Source: Phoronis australis (taxonomy: Eukaryota; Animalia; Phoronida). From it: 37,636 bases of DNA. Position 1 is the stretch's first letter. Each line of letters starts with the position of its first letter. Below, in pieces: positions 1 through 12,293 of the stretch. The notes under the pieces were generated by a model that saw only the letters and a program-made list of their open reading frames with translations, was not told the DNA's origin and searched no databases. The stretch is from NCBI GenBank assembly GCA_002633005.1, contig NMRA01000221.1, forward strand, positions 598,033-635,668, read 5' to 3'. Both the position numbers and the translations under genes were made by a program.

Positions 1-1075
1 GTACAGTGAATCGTTTCGTTGTTTTGTTTGACGGATTGAATGCCAAAAATTTTAAACTCATGTGGAATACATTGATTTAGTTTGTCGTTGTGATTACAAC
101 AACAGCAAGCCATGAAGGCATTTCTCAATAGTCAGTGCAGTATGCTGATGCATTTTTCAACATCAAACACAATCGTATCAATGTTATTTTCCAAGCAATC
201 GGAATGCCTGAACGTTACTTCTTTCTGTTAGCCAATGAGAAGCCATGTTGATGCTCAATCCACAGCACCACCCTGTGTAGTACTAGGAATTAAGAAGCGC
301 AGTCTGTGACACGGCAAGAGATGAATAGGGGTAAACCGTGTGGAAACGTAAAAAATTACACGACAATTTGTAACTTAAATAGTGGGTCATTCTAAAGCTT
401 GGCTTCAAATAGAGGCACTGTCCAGCCAAACGCAGCCACAGTAAAAGGCATAAAGTATTCGTCTCACGCTCCAGATAACTGTTAGTTCCGAAATGCTATT
501 TGTAAAATCTCAACTTGACGACGGAAGTATAAAGTTTCTGAGAATATACCCACAAAGTTTAAATTAATGAAATAATATTAGTTTGAATTATGGACCATTG
601 CAAAACTTTGATTTTCCAACAATGACGTTGCGAAACTTTTTCCGTAATATCGAATTGGGAGCTGACATTTTCCGTGAAACAGACCGCAGAACTCGGCATC
701 TATAATAAATGTCTTGTCCAGCTTACCCAGCAACCCGGCGGTGCCGACAAAAGGGCTGTCACTTTTAGATTCTTTTCATGTATATTAATTGAATAGCTTT
801 GAGTATATGTCGTATACGGATTTATATTTTGGGCAGATTAAATAATGAAATTTACAAAAATAATTTGGAACAAGCGTATTACAACGTCCAACAAAAAATT
901 TTCAGATATTTATTATCATTGATAAACAAGTACATTTTAGTACTCGTAAGTATATATAACAAACGTGTAGATATTATGTATATTTTTGTGACATCTCTGC
1001 TTGTAAATGTACTGTTTGGCTAGTAACAATAAAATGTTAAATAGAAAATCATGTGTCTCGTAAATTTTAACGCGT

Positions 1076-1137
1076 TTACATGAGAGACAGCTGGGAAGCT
1101 GAATGAGACACTTTTGAAGCAGTTTTCTGAATTCCTT
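1076..1137 (-). CDS. Aquaporin putative last exon (EGIQKTASKVSHSASQLSLM*)
   Basis: Acceptor tttttag, phase 1 matching the donor ACAG|GTACGC at 1625/1624, open to TAA at 1078-1076. Alternative: read-through of exon 7 to TGA at 1604-1602. Confidence 0.55.
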
Positions 1138-4100
1138 CTAAAAATCTTGTACAGGGCGACATTCCCAAACAATGTGTCATAGTGTCTCTGGAGCTTTATT
1201 ACAAAGAAACATAAATTAGAATCCTGAACTTGGATTTTGACTAAAAAGTATTTGTTGCATTAATATGTTGTAATATTCTAAAGTGGAACCATTTAATGTT
1301 GGGATCCTTTGCAATTTCGTAAGACAAGGCGTATATTCTCTTTCAATCTAAACTATCTCCTAACTCTATTTCTCATTTACACTCTGATAGAGAAGGTTCC
1401 TTAATGTTGTTAAAGATGAAGCAACAAATATGTCTTTAACCCTTCACATCTTTCCGTAGGTGAGTAATTGCTAAAGGCATGCAAGAATATTAGACACTAA
1501 CACTTTTAAAATACTTTGAAATAGACTTTTTTGAAACCTTCTCAGAATAGAAACAACAACATCATATTCTACAAAGTTTGTTTTTGCATCGAACACATTT
1601 ATCATATGATATTGAAAAGCGTACCTGTAACACCTAGCAACTCCTGTTTCTTTTTTTCTTCTTTCGCTTTTTTCCTAACTTCCCATGCGAAGACAAATTC
1701 GTAGGTCAAAGTCGCAGTCACTCCACCCAGAAGGTCGCCAACCCACCATATCTGCAAGCGTACACAAAATCTCCTGGTTCATTCAAAGTAATCATATCAA
1801 AAGCGTCTGAAGATGAGACCACGTGTGTTTTCGAGACGCAACCAATAGCAACGTCAAAGAAGAAAGAAATTGGGAGACGGTTTTTAAATCGTCAAAGTAA
1901 ATTCTCCACTCCGACATTTTGGGACTTGGTGCAGCGGCGATAGTGGTGGTAAACGTGCTGCCCTTTCCACGGAGCGCAACTTTAGCCATAATGCATGTAG
2001 CGCAACATTGAGCACGACAGCGCAGAGCAGGCGTCTATCCACAAAACATTATCCACGCACTGCAAGAATTCGTGCCAAGCACATTTTTAATGCAAATTTC
2101 TGCCTGTGTCTAATTGTAGTTTAAATTCCGGTGCAAAATTTTTAATTGCGTGTGGTAAGACCTCTTAGTGCGTGACATGTATATGTACTTTGCGGGGAAC
2201 AGTAAGGACTTTGATCCATAGCAAATGTTGTATGGTTGATTGCAGACGTTCGAAAAATGGTACACGAAATAGTCTGCATTAGTGTTTCGGTACTGTTTCG
2301 AGAAAGTATTTAAAATTTGTTTTGTTTTTTAGAAAGCGGTTCTAAAAAATGAATGCAAATTACTGAAGTGCATAGCAAGCCCCGTTGTAATTTACATATA
2401 GGGGCTTGTTTATTGAAAAATTACTGAAGACTCGAGTCAGAAATTTGGTGTTGCGCTCCCATTTCGCAACGTTTTGCATTGTAATCGTTCACACGTCACA
2501 GCCGAGAAATAAAGAATACACTTTTCATTGGTAATTAGCTGCGCGGGTACTCTCAGATACTTTGTGCACTTTTCCTGAAATGAGTTTTACTTTTAAGTCA
2601 AAAATTTAAAATCTTTTTATGAAACAGACCTTTAATTATGATCAAACGTTTTCTTTATTTTAAGAAAGATCATCCTAATAATAATGATTGTCTAAATTAT
2701 CTTTATCTCTCTTCCCAATACGTCACCTCTACTGCGTTATTTCAGAACAAATTATTTGCGGCAATAAAATCTGAATATGTAGTCCCAATTCATTTTGCCG
2801 GCGTTGGAGAAAGCAGGGTCAGACATGAGCCATTGCACTCAGCAGAATATCTAAATTCTTCTTGCCGTTGGCCCTAGAATCCTAGATGATAAGGTCATGA
2901 CAATCGAATCGACTGGCGTTATAAGTTCTAAGTAGTAGAAACTTTCATCAAATTCATGGTTCGCAATTTCGGGTTGTGAGTCAATATAACAACGGAGAAT
3001 TCGGATATCCCAGCAATGGCAATTTTTGGAACTTCAACTGATTGAAGAGAACGGAAAGAGATTCTTTTCCAAAATCATTTCGTGCTTAGTATCCGTGACG
3101 TCTAGATCAAGACTAGTTGGCAAATATGTTACATCAGTTTTTAAGTCGTAGCTACGGTTACACTTAACAATTTGTGTTCTTTTTGGGTTTGAGAAACCAG
3201 CCATATAGACCACTCACTGTTACGCAGTTGATCTCCGTTTGTTTTTTAGTCAAAATAGATGGTATTTTGGGTCGTAGAAAGAGTTGGCATTCTTTGTTGC
3301 TTTCGACAAGAGTACAAATCGCTTGGTCAGGGCGAGCACTGATCACGAATGATAACACCGAACTGTTCATTATTTGCAAGACCAACAGAAACTTCTCATC
3401 TGAGAAATGAAAAAACTGATACCATTTTTACAGCGGTGAGTGGTCTAAACCAGGCAAAGTTAAGTTTCTTTAATATGATACAGACTTATAGCTATATTAA
3501 ACAATACATTATCCGTGTAATAATATACTGGAATGGTAATAATCAATAAATGTAAAAGTTAAATTTTGGTGCGATTTCAACACCAAATGTAGTTATATTT
3601 ACATTCGCGTCTCTGCTGCCAGATGGGCTTACAAGGTTGAACACTTTCAATCGCGTGATGTGAACATTGTGCAAGGGTTACGTTACGGGCAGAACCAATG
3701 ACATAAATCACACATAGCTCATTGACCAAACCAGAGTCGATCAGTTGTGTTGGACTGAACATTGATCATAAAAATATGTTTGTAATATCGAGCAAATTGA
3801 AAAAGTTCAAGTCGCCTTTGTACACTGTACGTTTACGATATTTCTTTTGGAGGTTCTAGCTGGGCCTGAATGTGCCTACTGTGCAATTTTTGAAACATAA
3901 GTGTTCTCCTCATGTCTTCTCATGCTCGGTTCCGGACATCTCGTGTCTGCCGCGACATTTCGCTTGTATTCACGCCAGTGCAATATTGCAATTTACGGCA
4001 CGTAGCCGAGCTAGTGTTTCAATACTTACCCACTGCTTCGTTCCACCTCGCAGCGCCCCCAGTCCAACCGCGAAGGACGGATTCATGAAGCACCCCGTGT

Positions 4101-5105
4101 ACGGTCCCTGAAATAATAAACAAATGACAAGACCGTGTGAACACTCCATTTGCCGTCTGCTTTTTACTTGAAATCGAACATATTTCCTATTCTACCCTTG
4201 TTAGAACTCAAGATATCAGTGTCTGATAGCCTAGGTTCCGTTACGTAACGGCTTACGTGCCAACCTCCTAATAATAGTTTGCACGTGATAACCCTGCCAT
4301 CAATGCTAAAACTTTGAGTCTGACCTCAAAATTTATAATTTTTACTTGCAATCTCGAGTTTCATTCACTCTAATCTGTAGCAAACTTGGACTAGAAACTC
4401 ATGTGCATAAATGTACTGAAGCACACGCCGACTAACAGCCAATAATCTTGACTGTTCGCACAAAACTAAAGCGGAAATGTAAATTTTTTTGAGTTCGATT
4501 TCCAGCACAAAGATAAAACCTCAGGCCCTAAACTTGATAATCTCGCAAGGACAGTGCGAACACGTGTGTGGTTGGGGCAGCCGGTGTGACATAAAAATCC
4601 GAATTACGTCTAACCTAGATATACATAAGATTAATACCAACCAATATTCTATTTTTTTCTGAAATATCGCATTGATGTTTGACATGAGTCAGGCTATGAG
4701 AATGGCCGATACAAGGCGGCGAAAACTGACGTCATATCCTTTCAAATGAAACAATGACTGTATCTTTAAACTCCTGACATAATTTCCCAAGATACTGGGT
4801 TCCATCGTACCTTGTGGTTATATAAATAATGTCCATAAGTTGTAACACCTATGTATTTTATTAAATTTTACAACGTTTCATAGTACATTAGTTTCCATGA
4901 CAATTCCTTCTGTAATTGCGCTCTTATTTATGCAACCTTATATTCGTGTTTAATGTTATTGTTCTTGTTTCATGTACAGTATCTTACACGATAGCGTTTA
5001 TGATTTTTAAATTCATTTGCCATTGATGACTGATGTATAGTCAAAGTACCGCTACTGTTTTATTATGAAATGTTTTGTACAGAGTTTTATTATATATTTA
5101 CTCAC

Positions 5106-5168
<63 letters not shown>

Positions 5169-5309
5169 TGTTCGTGATGCCACTTACACTGGGCGATCTA
5201 CTATATCAACTACCATCCGAATAAAAGACACTTGTGTAGACACTACGAAAGTTTGTTGTACAAACTAATTAAAGCCATGAACAGCTTACTTTTCAATATG
5301 TATACATAC

Positions 5310-5391
<82 letters not shown>

Positions 5392-8300
5392 GACAAAATA
5401 TCTTTAAACAGTGGTCCAGGTACCTGGATTAAATTATACCCATATAATATTCTGACGGACTGGCAAAATTGGTCCGTTTCATGCAACTATTTTGGTTTTA
5501 ACTTTAACGGAAATAATAAAGCTGTCACGTTGCTCTTTTTGAACAATGCGGTCGACGTCGTACCAACATTCAAGATTTAAAAGGGCCCAAGATGTTATGG
5601 AGATCTATGAAGGTATTTACTTACGAAAGCCATAATGGCGGCCGCAACATAAAATCCAATAATAATCGCGGCGGTGTATGGCGTCTTGTAACGTATGTCC
5701 AGCGAACCTAGGGCTACCCAGACCAACAGAAAGGTGGCTATGAACTCGACGAATACTGCTTGTCCATCAGTTACTCCGATTCCAATGTGTTTCTCAAGTA
5801 TCACTATCTGGTCGGAATAGCGTTCAGTCAAAATGCCCCTAGGACAGACACGGAGACTTTACGATGAGTGACTCTCAGGAGTTCGAAAACAGAATAGTGT
5901 TCAGTCAAAATGCCTCTAGGACAGACACAGAGACTTTACAATGGGTGACTCTCAGGAGTTCGAAAACAGAATAGTGTTCAGTCAAAATGCCCCTGGGGCA
6001 GATACGGAGACTTTACGATGAGCGACTCTCAGGAGTTTGAAAACAGAATCCAGTAAAACGATAAAAATACATTTTATAACTATTTTTCCGTTATTTTTTA
6101 AATTTACCAAGTGTCGACTGAAAAAAGATACTTAACACTTTGAAAGCAATGGGACATGTAGTAATAACGCGATTTTGCAATTTATCGGAAAACCAAGAAT
6201 AGACAACTTACTCCCACAAGAAGCAAGCGGTTATCCCTCCAAGGATTTCTACTACCACGTAGACTGCACCTAGAATACAAATTTCGCAACTTTTCCAAAC
6301 ACCTGGAGAACGCTTTACCTTAAACTTTTACAGTGGGTGATGCGTTTTAAAATTATTGTAATGACAAGAACAATTTTACGTCATTTGGTTGACAAGGGGA
6401 AATCATTCCATTCAATAACAAATAATCTCCGCATATGAGTATTGCGATGCTGAATCAATATATTCACGAATTGTCAAATGTGACGTTTTGTTTTTGAGCA
6501 AACTGAATGCTTTCAACTTGTGTAAAACTCTGCAACGGGAATACATCAATTTTGTTGTCCATCTTGGTTTTACGTAGTGTGTGAAATTTTAACTAAAATT
6601 AAACTCGCAGTGATGGTTTGGGTGGTTGTAATCGCATAATTAAGGACACAGTTAATAAACAAACTGCTTCAAACTATCAGACATACCCTTTAGTACCGAC
6701 GTTTCTCCGAGTATAGCAAAAACGGTGACGTACCCTTTAGTATCGATATTTCTCCGAGTATAGCAAAAACTGTAGCAAAGACGGGGTTCATGAACCCAGC
6801 TCCGAGATGGCCAAACGTTTCGAACAGAACACAGACGAAGAAGCCACCGGCTAGAGCATGTCGCAACACTGAAATGATCAAGACAGTCAAAGTCGTCCTT
6901 GAGGTCAATCATGGTCTTCATATGTGAAGGAAAATTTGACAAAATTTTAGAGTTTTGTTTACTTGTGGCACTGCGCAGTAAAAGCTTATAAACTTTTGCA
7001 GGTGAAATCAAAAGGCGCGAGATTTTTAGGCAAGCAAGGACAAACACAACTTGTAAATGGTATGGAAATGTTGATACTAGTTTAACACAAATCAGTGTAC
7101 CAACAGATGAGAGATAATACGGCTCCGGACACTCATTTGGGCGATCCAGGTTCAAATTCTGTCCAATATGACAATCAGTACAGCATTTCATGCAAAAGTG
7201 TCTCCTACTAAGTCTTGGAAGTAGACTTAGAATGTTTATGGAGGATGGGAGCTTTGGACCGAGCTCTATGAGACCCGAACTCAGGCACGATTTGGATTCA
7301 GAATTGAACTTTAAAGTGGCATAGAACGCGAAAAACAGATTAAACTACACCATTTATTAACGATTTTGAATCTCTGTTTATGCCAAAGCATTTTTCTTTC
7401 AGTTTCGTATTTCAAAAAACGTTATCTGTTCGTCACATCGTCGATTCTCCTACAAGGCAAAGCACGTCTCCTTATTTGGTAAGGCAAGACATAGACGAAG
7501 CACACTCCGCTTAAATGGAAAATATTACCTTTGACCTTTGACGTAAACAAAACAATGACGATTTTACATTCTTTGAGAACATGCGCATTATTAGGGGCGG
7601 AGAATTTGGAAACTGTATTGGGATGAAATAGTTTTTATTTCGTCTGTGTTTCGATTTTTTCTGGAAATGCTTGCAGTATCCAAAGTGAACAAATCTCACG
7701 TTAGCATTTCCAAGAACTAGACTCGCCATGATCTCTTTTTGAAGTTTCGCTTTCCAGGCCTCTTTAACCAATCACTCTGCTGATAATTCGAGTTCAGTGT
7801 TGTAACTTTATTCGAAGTCTTACGTATAATTGGTTAATTTTTGAGTCTAGTTTTCGAGTACAGAGGTTGGATACCTGGCCTGGAATAGGAAAAACGATTA
7901 GATTTTTAAAATAAAATGCTAAAACAAAAATGATGACGCGAGTATTGCTGGTGTCAGCCATATTGCTTGCACGTCTCTGGTCGTTACCTGGTGATCCGTC
8001 TTGTTTGTTCCCCATATGAACAGCGGAGTTGATGCATGTCGAAACAAGAAAAAACGTAGCCAAGAACTCTGCAAAAGCTTCCTTCCAAAATGCGAGCGTC
8101 TTCACTTCTTTCTTTACGCTTTCAACGAACTCACCCGGCCTAAGATGGAATAATTGAATCAAAAAGTAAGTTGGAGAGACACGTGACTTACAGATGTATT
8201 TGCATGATCCTAAGTATGCTAATGTATAGCGAGAACTAAACAACATTGATATTTCAACATAATCTATGCTAAACAAAGTATTCATTTGGGCAATCAGGTG

Positions 8301-9260
8301 ACAGTTTTTTGTTCAGTGTAAAGAATTTTTGTAATTATTGGCCTTATGATCACCCATGTTCCCCTTTATGGTAACTTGTGCCTAATAATCGGGAGTTCAT
8401 GGTAATGGTTAAATTAAGTGTTTTTGCTGAATAATAGTTGAAAAAGGATTGATTAAAATTCACTTCATTTTATTAACATTTAACTTGATTTAGTGGAGCG
8501 CAAAGTTTCATCAATGTGAACATGACTATTTGAGTGAACTTGTCAAGTTTCCACGTGTATTCCATGTTCGCGCATACGCCATATCGAGATTAAGAAAGTT
8601 CACGGACAGCAAATGTAGCAAGAGTCGCACATTCGTCCAGACTCACATTTACAGAGAAGAAAATTACGTTTGATTTACACCACTCTCAGCTAGGACAAAG
8701 TTGTTCTCAACTGGTGTTTACTGAGAGGAGAAGTGGTCTTACAGAGAACTGTCAGTTAATTTTTACTCCCGGATCAGATCATGCTTGGTGAATACTGAAG
8801 TTGACACCTCCTGACAGTTCAGCAAGTATATAATCTTGTCTTAAGTCATAGCGAACTGTCCAGAACTACACATATTTTACTAAGGAAAAACTTCAAAACG
8901 GTAGATGACTAAATCAAAAGTTGGATTTTGGTGACGGAAGGTGAGTTTATAATTGACCGTAGGACGCCTACTATATTTCAATGAATATGTCCAATGAAAA
9001 CCACAGTCGCTTGAATCTAACTATTCCTTCCATCCATCAGCACCCACACTATCTACATGAATTGAAACGTATGTTTTCAATTCTATAATGTATCATAACA
9101 AATTTTTGGGGGAGAGAGCAGAGGATTCCTCCTAATGCCGTCAACATTCCGTTTTCAAGCCTTACGCGAACATATGATCACCCCTTCCTTTACGACATCT
9201 TAGATCCGCCTGCTTGTTGACATTTGAACGTTTATCGCGGAAACTGTAAACTTACTGCAT
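1076..9260 (-). CDS. Aquaporin (MIP family), spliced gene model with 8 coding exons, 276 aa, atypical NPV/NPS motifs
   Basis: Exons 9260-9256, 8139-7988, 6868-6734, 6269-6212, 5838-5625, 4107-4030, 1751-1625, 1137-1076. All junctions are GT-AG and phase-compatible; total 831 nt = 276 aa + stop. MIP hallmarks: TM1 AEFLATFFLV, loop B GHLGAGFMNPV, TM4 VEFIATFLLV, loop E GPYTGCFMNPS, TM6 WIWWVGDLLGG. First and last exons are less certain than the six core exons. Confidence 0.9.
1625..1751 (-). CDS. Aquaporin exon 7 (TM6 and charged C-tail)
   Basis: ttgcag|ATA TGG TGG GTT GGC GAC CTT CTG GGT GGA translates as IWWVGDLLGGVTATLTYEFVFAWEVRKKAKEEKKKQELLGVT, matching the MIP WxxWVGPxxGG motif. Confidence 0.85.
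4030..4107 (-). CDS. Aquaporin exon 6 (loop E, second NP motif)
   Basis: tttcag|GGA...TGG|gtaagt, 78 nt, GPYTGCFMNPSFAVGLGALRGGTKQW. Confidence 0.88.
5115..5171. repeat. (TG)n microsatellite
   Basis: Directly visible dinucleotide run in an aquaporin intron. Confidence 0.97.
5302..5388. repeat. (TACA)n followed by (TA)n microsatellite
   Basis: Directly visible compound microsatellite. Confidence 0.97.
5625..5838 (-). CDS. Aquaporin exon 5 (loop C, TM4, TM5)
   Basis: tcctag|G GGC ATT ... GCT TTC|gtaagt, 214 nt, GILTERYSDQIVILEKHIGIGVTDGQAVFVEFIATFLLVWVALGSLDIRYKTPYTAAIIIGFYVAAAIMAF. Confidence 0.92.
5815..6049. repeat. Tandem repeat, 3 x 77 bp, spanning the exon 5 splice acceptor
   Basis: Unit starts GAATAG at 5815, 5892, 5969 (partial at 6046); copies differ by a few substitutions. 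Confidence 0.95.
6212..6269 (-). CDS. Aquaporin exon 4 (TM3)
   Basis: ttctag|GT GCA GTC ... TGG GA|gtaagt, 58 nt, GAVYVVVEILGGITACFLW; phases fit both neighbours. Confidence 0.85.
6684..6770. repeat. Tandem duplication (period 47 bp) spanning the exon 3 splice donor
   Basis: taccctttagta(c/t)cga(cg/ta)tttctccgagtatagcaaaaac at 6684 and 6731. Confidence 0.93.
6734..6868 (-). CDS. Aquaporin exon 3 (TM2, loop B, first NP motif)
   Basis: tttcag|TG TTG CGA ... AAG G|gtacgt, 135 nt, VLRHALAGGFFVCVLFETFGHLGAGFMNPVFATVFAILGEISILK. Confidence 0.9.
7988..8139 (-). CDS. Aquaporin exon 2 (TM1)
   Basis: tcttag|G CCG GGT ... CCA G|gtaacg, 152 nt, PGEFVESVKKEVKTLAFWKEAFAEFLATFFLVSTCINSAVHMGNKQDGSP. Confidence 0.9.
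9256..9260 (-). CDS. Aquaporin putative exon 1 coding part (ATG CA)
   Basis: TGA AAG ATG CA|GTAAGT: consensus donor, phase 2 matching exon 2, A at -3, in-frame stop just upstream. Confidence 0.6.
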
Positions 9261-10594
9261 CTTTCACAGTTTCCCGTGTGATTAAAACGTCAGCAATGTC
9301 AGGTTTCAGTTATTTCCTCCACTTCAGCGTATCTCGGGCGTTAAAGCATAACGCAAGCACAGTCTTTGTACGCTCCCTGTTTGATAAGTCGTAACGTCTT
9401 AGTGCTGGCACCTCTCACAACACATTTTTCAATAAAGTTATGACGTCACCTATTGTCTATTTGTGCGATTTGATCTTTTTAGATTTGAAACTGACAGAAA
9501 AAATAAGAAAACGAACAACCTGGGATTTTGAAATTTTCGAATATTGAAATTTACCCCATACCTTTTGTCAGAAGAAAAATAGAAACAGTAAAGTGTTACT
9601 GTATGTGAGGGCGTGTAACGACATATGGAAGAAAAAAGTGAGAGTTTTTAGCCTAATCGTTTGGCTCTATGGTCTTTGTAAATATAAAATTGTTCATTTG
9701 ACGTTGTACGTTCTATTACATTCAGCATGTACGTCATAGACAGCAGCGGCTGGTTCCACTAAAAGTCTTGAAGAGCTTTTAAAAAATCACCAATTTTGTT
9801 TTCAACCCCCCCCCCCCCCAAGGAAACAACGGCAGTCAAATTAGAACATCCGCAAACACTATCTGTCGATATGTTACTATTAGCCGAGTTCGAGTTACGC
9901 GTACTGATTGGTCAAAACATACCACATCATTTGCCATCCTATCCTGTGTTAAGAAAGGCGAGGTGGTGCGTTTGTAGTGGTTGTGACAATTCGTATTTGA
10001 CCACGCTATAGCCGACTCTGTCCATTTCCCGCGGTTCACTGGAGAAGCGAGGATGTGGCACAAGTTAGCACGAGAAATTCGCGTTGGTGGACATGTTAAA
10101 CTGGCGTTAGGTGCGTTCATGCGTCACACTCATGTGATCTGAGAAACTTTCAATAGAAGTCACCTTTATTCTATTATTTCGTTTTTGGCAAATGAAATTC
10201 ACGATTATGATTTGCAGTAGTGATGCTGACATTGCAGTCATTTGTCAAAACAAAGTAAATGGTGGTTTAAAGTTTTGCGTAAGTTCTTGCCGAAGTTTAG
10301 GCTTACGAAAATTCTTAGGTGTTCCTCAGTGCGCATGATCGTAAATAGACATGCGTCTAGTCTTATTTCACAAACGTATAATATAGCTCTGGAATTATCT
10401 ATTTAAAAAGGGAGCGAAATTAAAAACTACAATTTTTCGTGAGTAAGACTTAAAACTTACTTTAAACTGGTGATGTTTCACTGCTCCACCGCAATCATCA
10501 GAAAGATGACGCCTTCGTAGCATGTTTCGGCTTTTAACTTGAACACCTTCCAACGCTAGACCCGCGAAGTTGACCGGTCTCCGGTTTGACGAGG

Positions 10595-11330
10595 ATTTCT
10601 CCATTTCTCAAGCACTCATGTTTTAGCTCGCTCTATTTCAAAGTTTTCCTTTCCGGGGCCTTCCTGCATCCTAGTTTCCCATGGCACTGTAAAGTCCACC
10701 AAGACCACCACCACAAAATAATGTCAGGTCTTAAAGGTGTTGAAGCTACATGGATAGGGAATCAGCCTTCATGCACCAATTATTTGCATAGATATGATCC
10801 CTACTGCGTTACTAATACTTCTCTTGCAGACAGCTCACGTAAAATCGGGGAATTTCTAAACTACTTTGCGCTTGGTTCTTCTCTTCAAATCCAGTGCGTG
10901 TGCAATCTCTTTGAGGACCTTATTGTGCCTCCAAGTACACTTCCACTCTGCCAGGGCTACCGTGCAACTGGACAGGACATGTTGTAGGGTCTCCACTTTG
11001 CCAAAACGGCTACATCTGTCGGCGTCCTCCTTCTTCCGTAACTTCAAGTTGCACCTCGTTGGTAGGGTGTTATACACTTATTGCAGTAAAAATCTCCGTG
11101 TGGAGAAGGTCTGTTGCCCTGGTTCTCCTCGCTAGCACTCCTTCCTAGGTGGTCCGTTTCCCTTTGTTCCTTCATGCTGAGCCTAGCGCTTTTCTTTTTC
11201 CTCTTCACGAATCTCCTTGAGTAGCATATATCGTCTCTCCTTTCCCTTTGTCTCCTTCCATCTAGTGGATGGTACAAAGCCCAGACCTTGTCAACCGCAC
11301 CGCATTATGCCAACTATGTCTTGCTCCGTG
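10595..11330 (-). mobile_element. Degenerate non-LTR retrotransposon fragment with CCHC knuckle and restriction-like endonuclease (HERO/NeSL-like, R2 group)
   Basis: Across frameshifts and stops: GLGFVPSTRWKE..KERRYMLLKEIREEE, YNTLPT, C..GKVETLQHVLSSC..AL....TWRHNKVL, LRPDIILW, VVLVDFTVPWETRMQE. Confidence 0.8.
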
Positions 11331-12293
11331 TACTGTCACTTAAGGGTCTTACTTTCTGCCTGCTGATCCCTGAATAAGTTGGCAATTTGGTTACCACCCT
11401 TTAATCAACTACTTTCACTTGCTCACATCTGATTACTGAGTCTCCTTCTTGCTTATGCTGTTTTTCTCGTAATTTGTATTTCCTTTGATGCCCAAATTCT
11501 TTCTTGATTCACTGTATTTTACCTGTGTGCATTTTACACACACACTGCTTATGTTTTTTGTTCTCAATATTTTAAACAAAGACACTTCACAATTTGAATT
11601 TGACAAACTAAAGTCGGTCATGGTAGTCGACGCCTCGCGTACGTTGTCGGCGCGCACACACCCGCTAGGTATCGCCACGGTCCATGACACAATAAAAGCG
11701 GGGGCCAATGACATTAGTCTTGTCAACGTCTTTCATAATAACTATCATGGGTAGTGGGACTGTCTATCATTTTCTGATGCGTAAAATGGAAGCAATTCAC
11801 AGAGACGTTCATATAGCAAAGACTGCAGGGGCTTCCGGGAAATAATCTGGGGAGGACTTGCGGTTGGGGGCTTCATATCCTCTTTTTCACAATTGGAGAT
11901 GCTGGAGTTTTGGCTATAGTCGGCGTATCTTTATTTACAGAAATGAGTTACATTTGGATTATGAAGTGTGAAGGTTACTCAAATCCTTTTGCGTCATAGC
12001 TTCATATGTTTTATTATCATGCTTATCAAATTGTAGTTTAAGGAGGAACGCTTTTATGGTACTCAGTCGCCATAGTAACAATTACGCATGTCTGCTTTCA
12101 TACTTAGCACGTGCTTGGTTCAGCCTGTATATCTGAAATTTTGCAAAGTACATTCTAAATTACTTATTGTGGCAAAATTTTGATACGATCATTTTATTTT
12201 GCATATTACTTTGTACCGAGATCACTTTTTAATGTAAGCCTTAGATACAATGAAATTTTGAAACCCGTGCGTCCAATATTTTTAAGAGATCTC

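Noticed and set aside
265-280. CACCCTGTGTA as a Tc1/mariner-like terminus
   Set aside because: Too short, and no partner TIR or transposase in the window
5065-5486. ORFs with VC and YI repeats
   Set aside because: Translations of (TG)n and (TA)n microsatellites in an intron
5815-6049. Regularly spaced repeats as a CRISPR array
   Set aside because: Whole 77-bp units are repeated with no unique spacers, there are no cas genes, and the context is a eukaryotic intron
6652-7191. 179-aa minus-strand ORF
   Set aside because: Overlaps aquaporin exon 3 out of frame and is otherwise intronic; no recognisable motif
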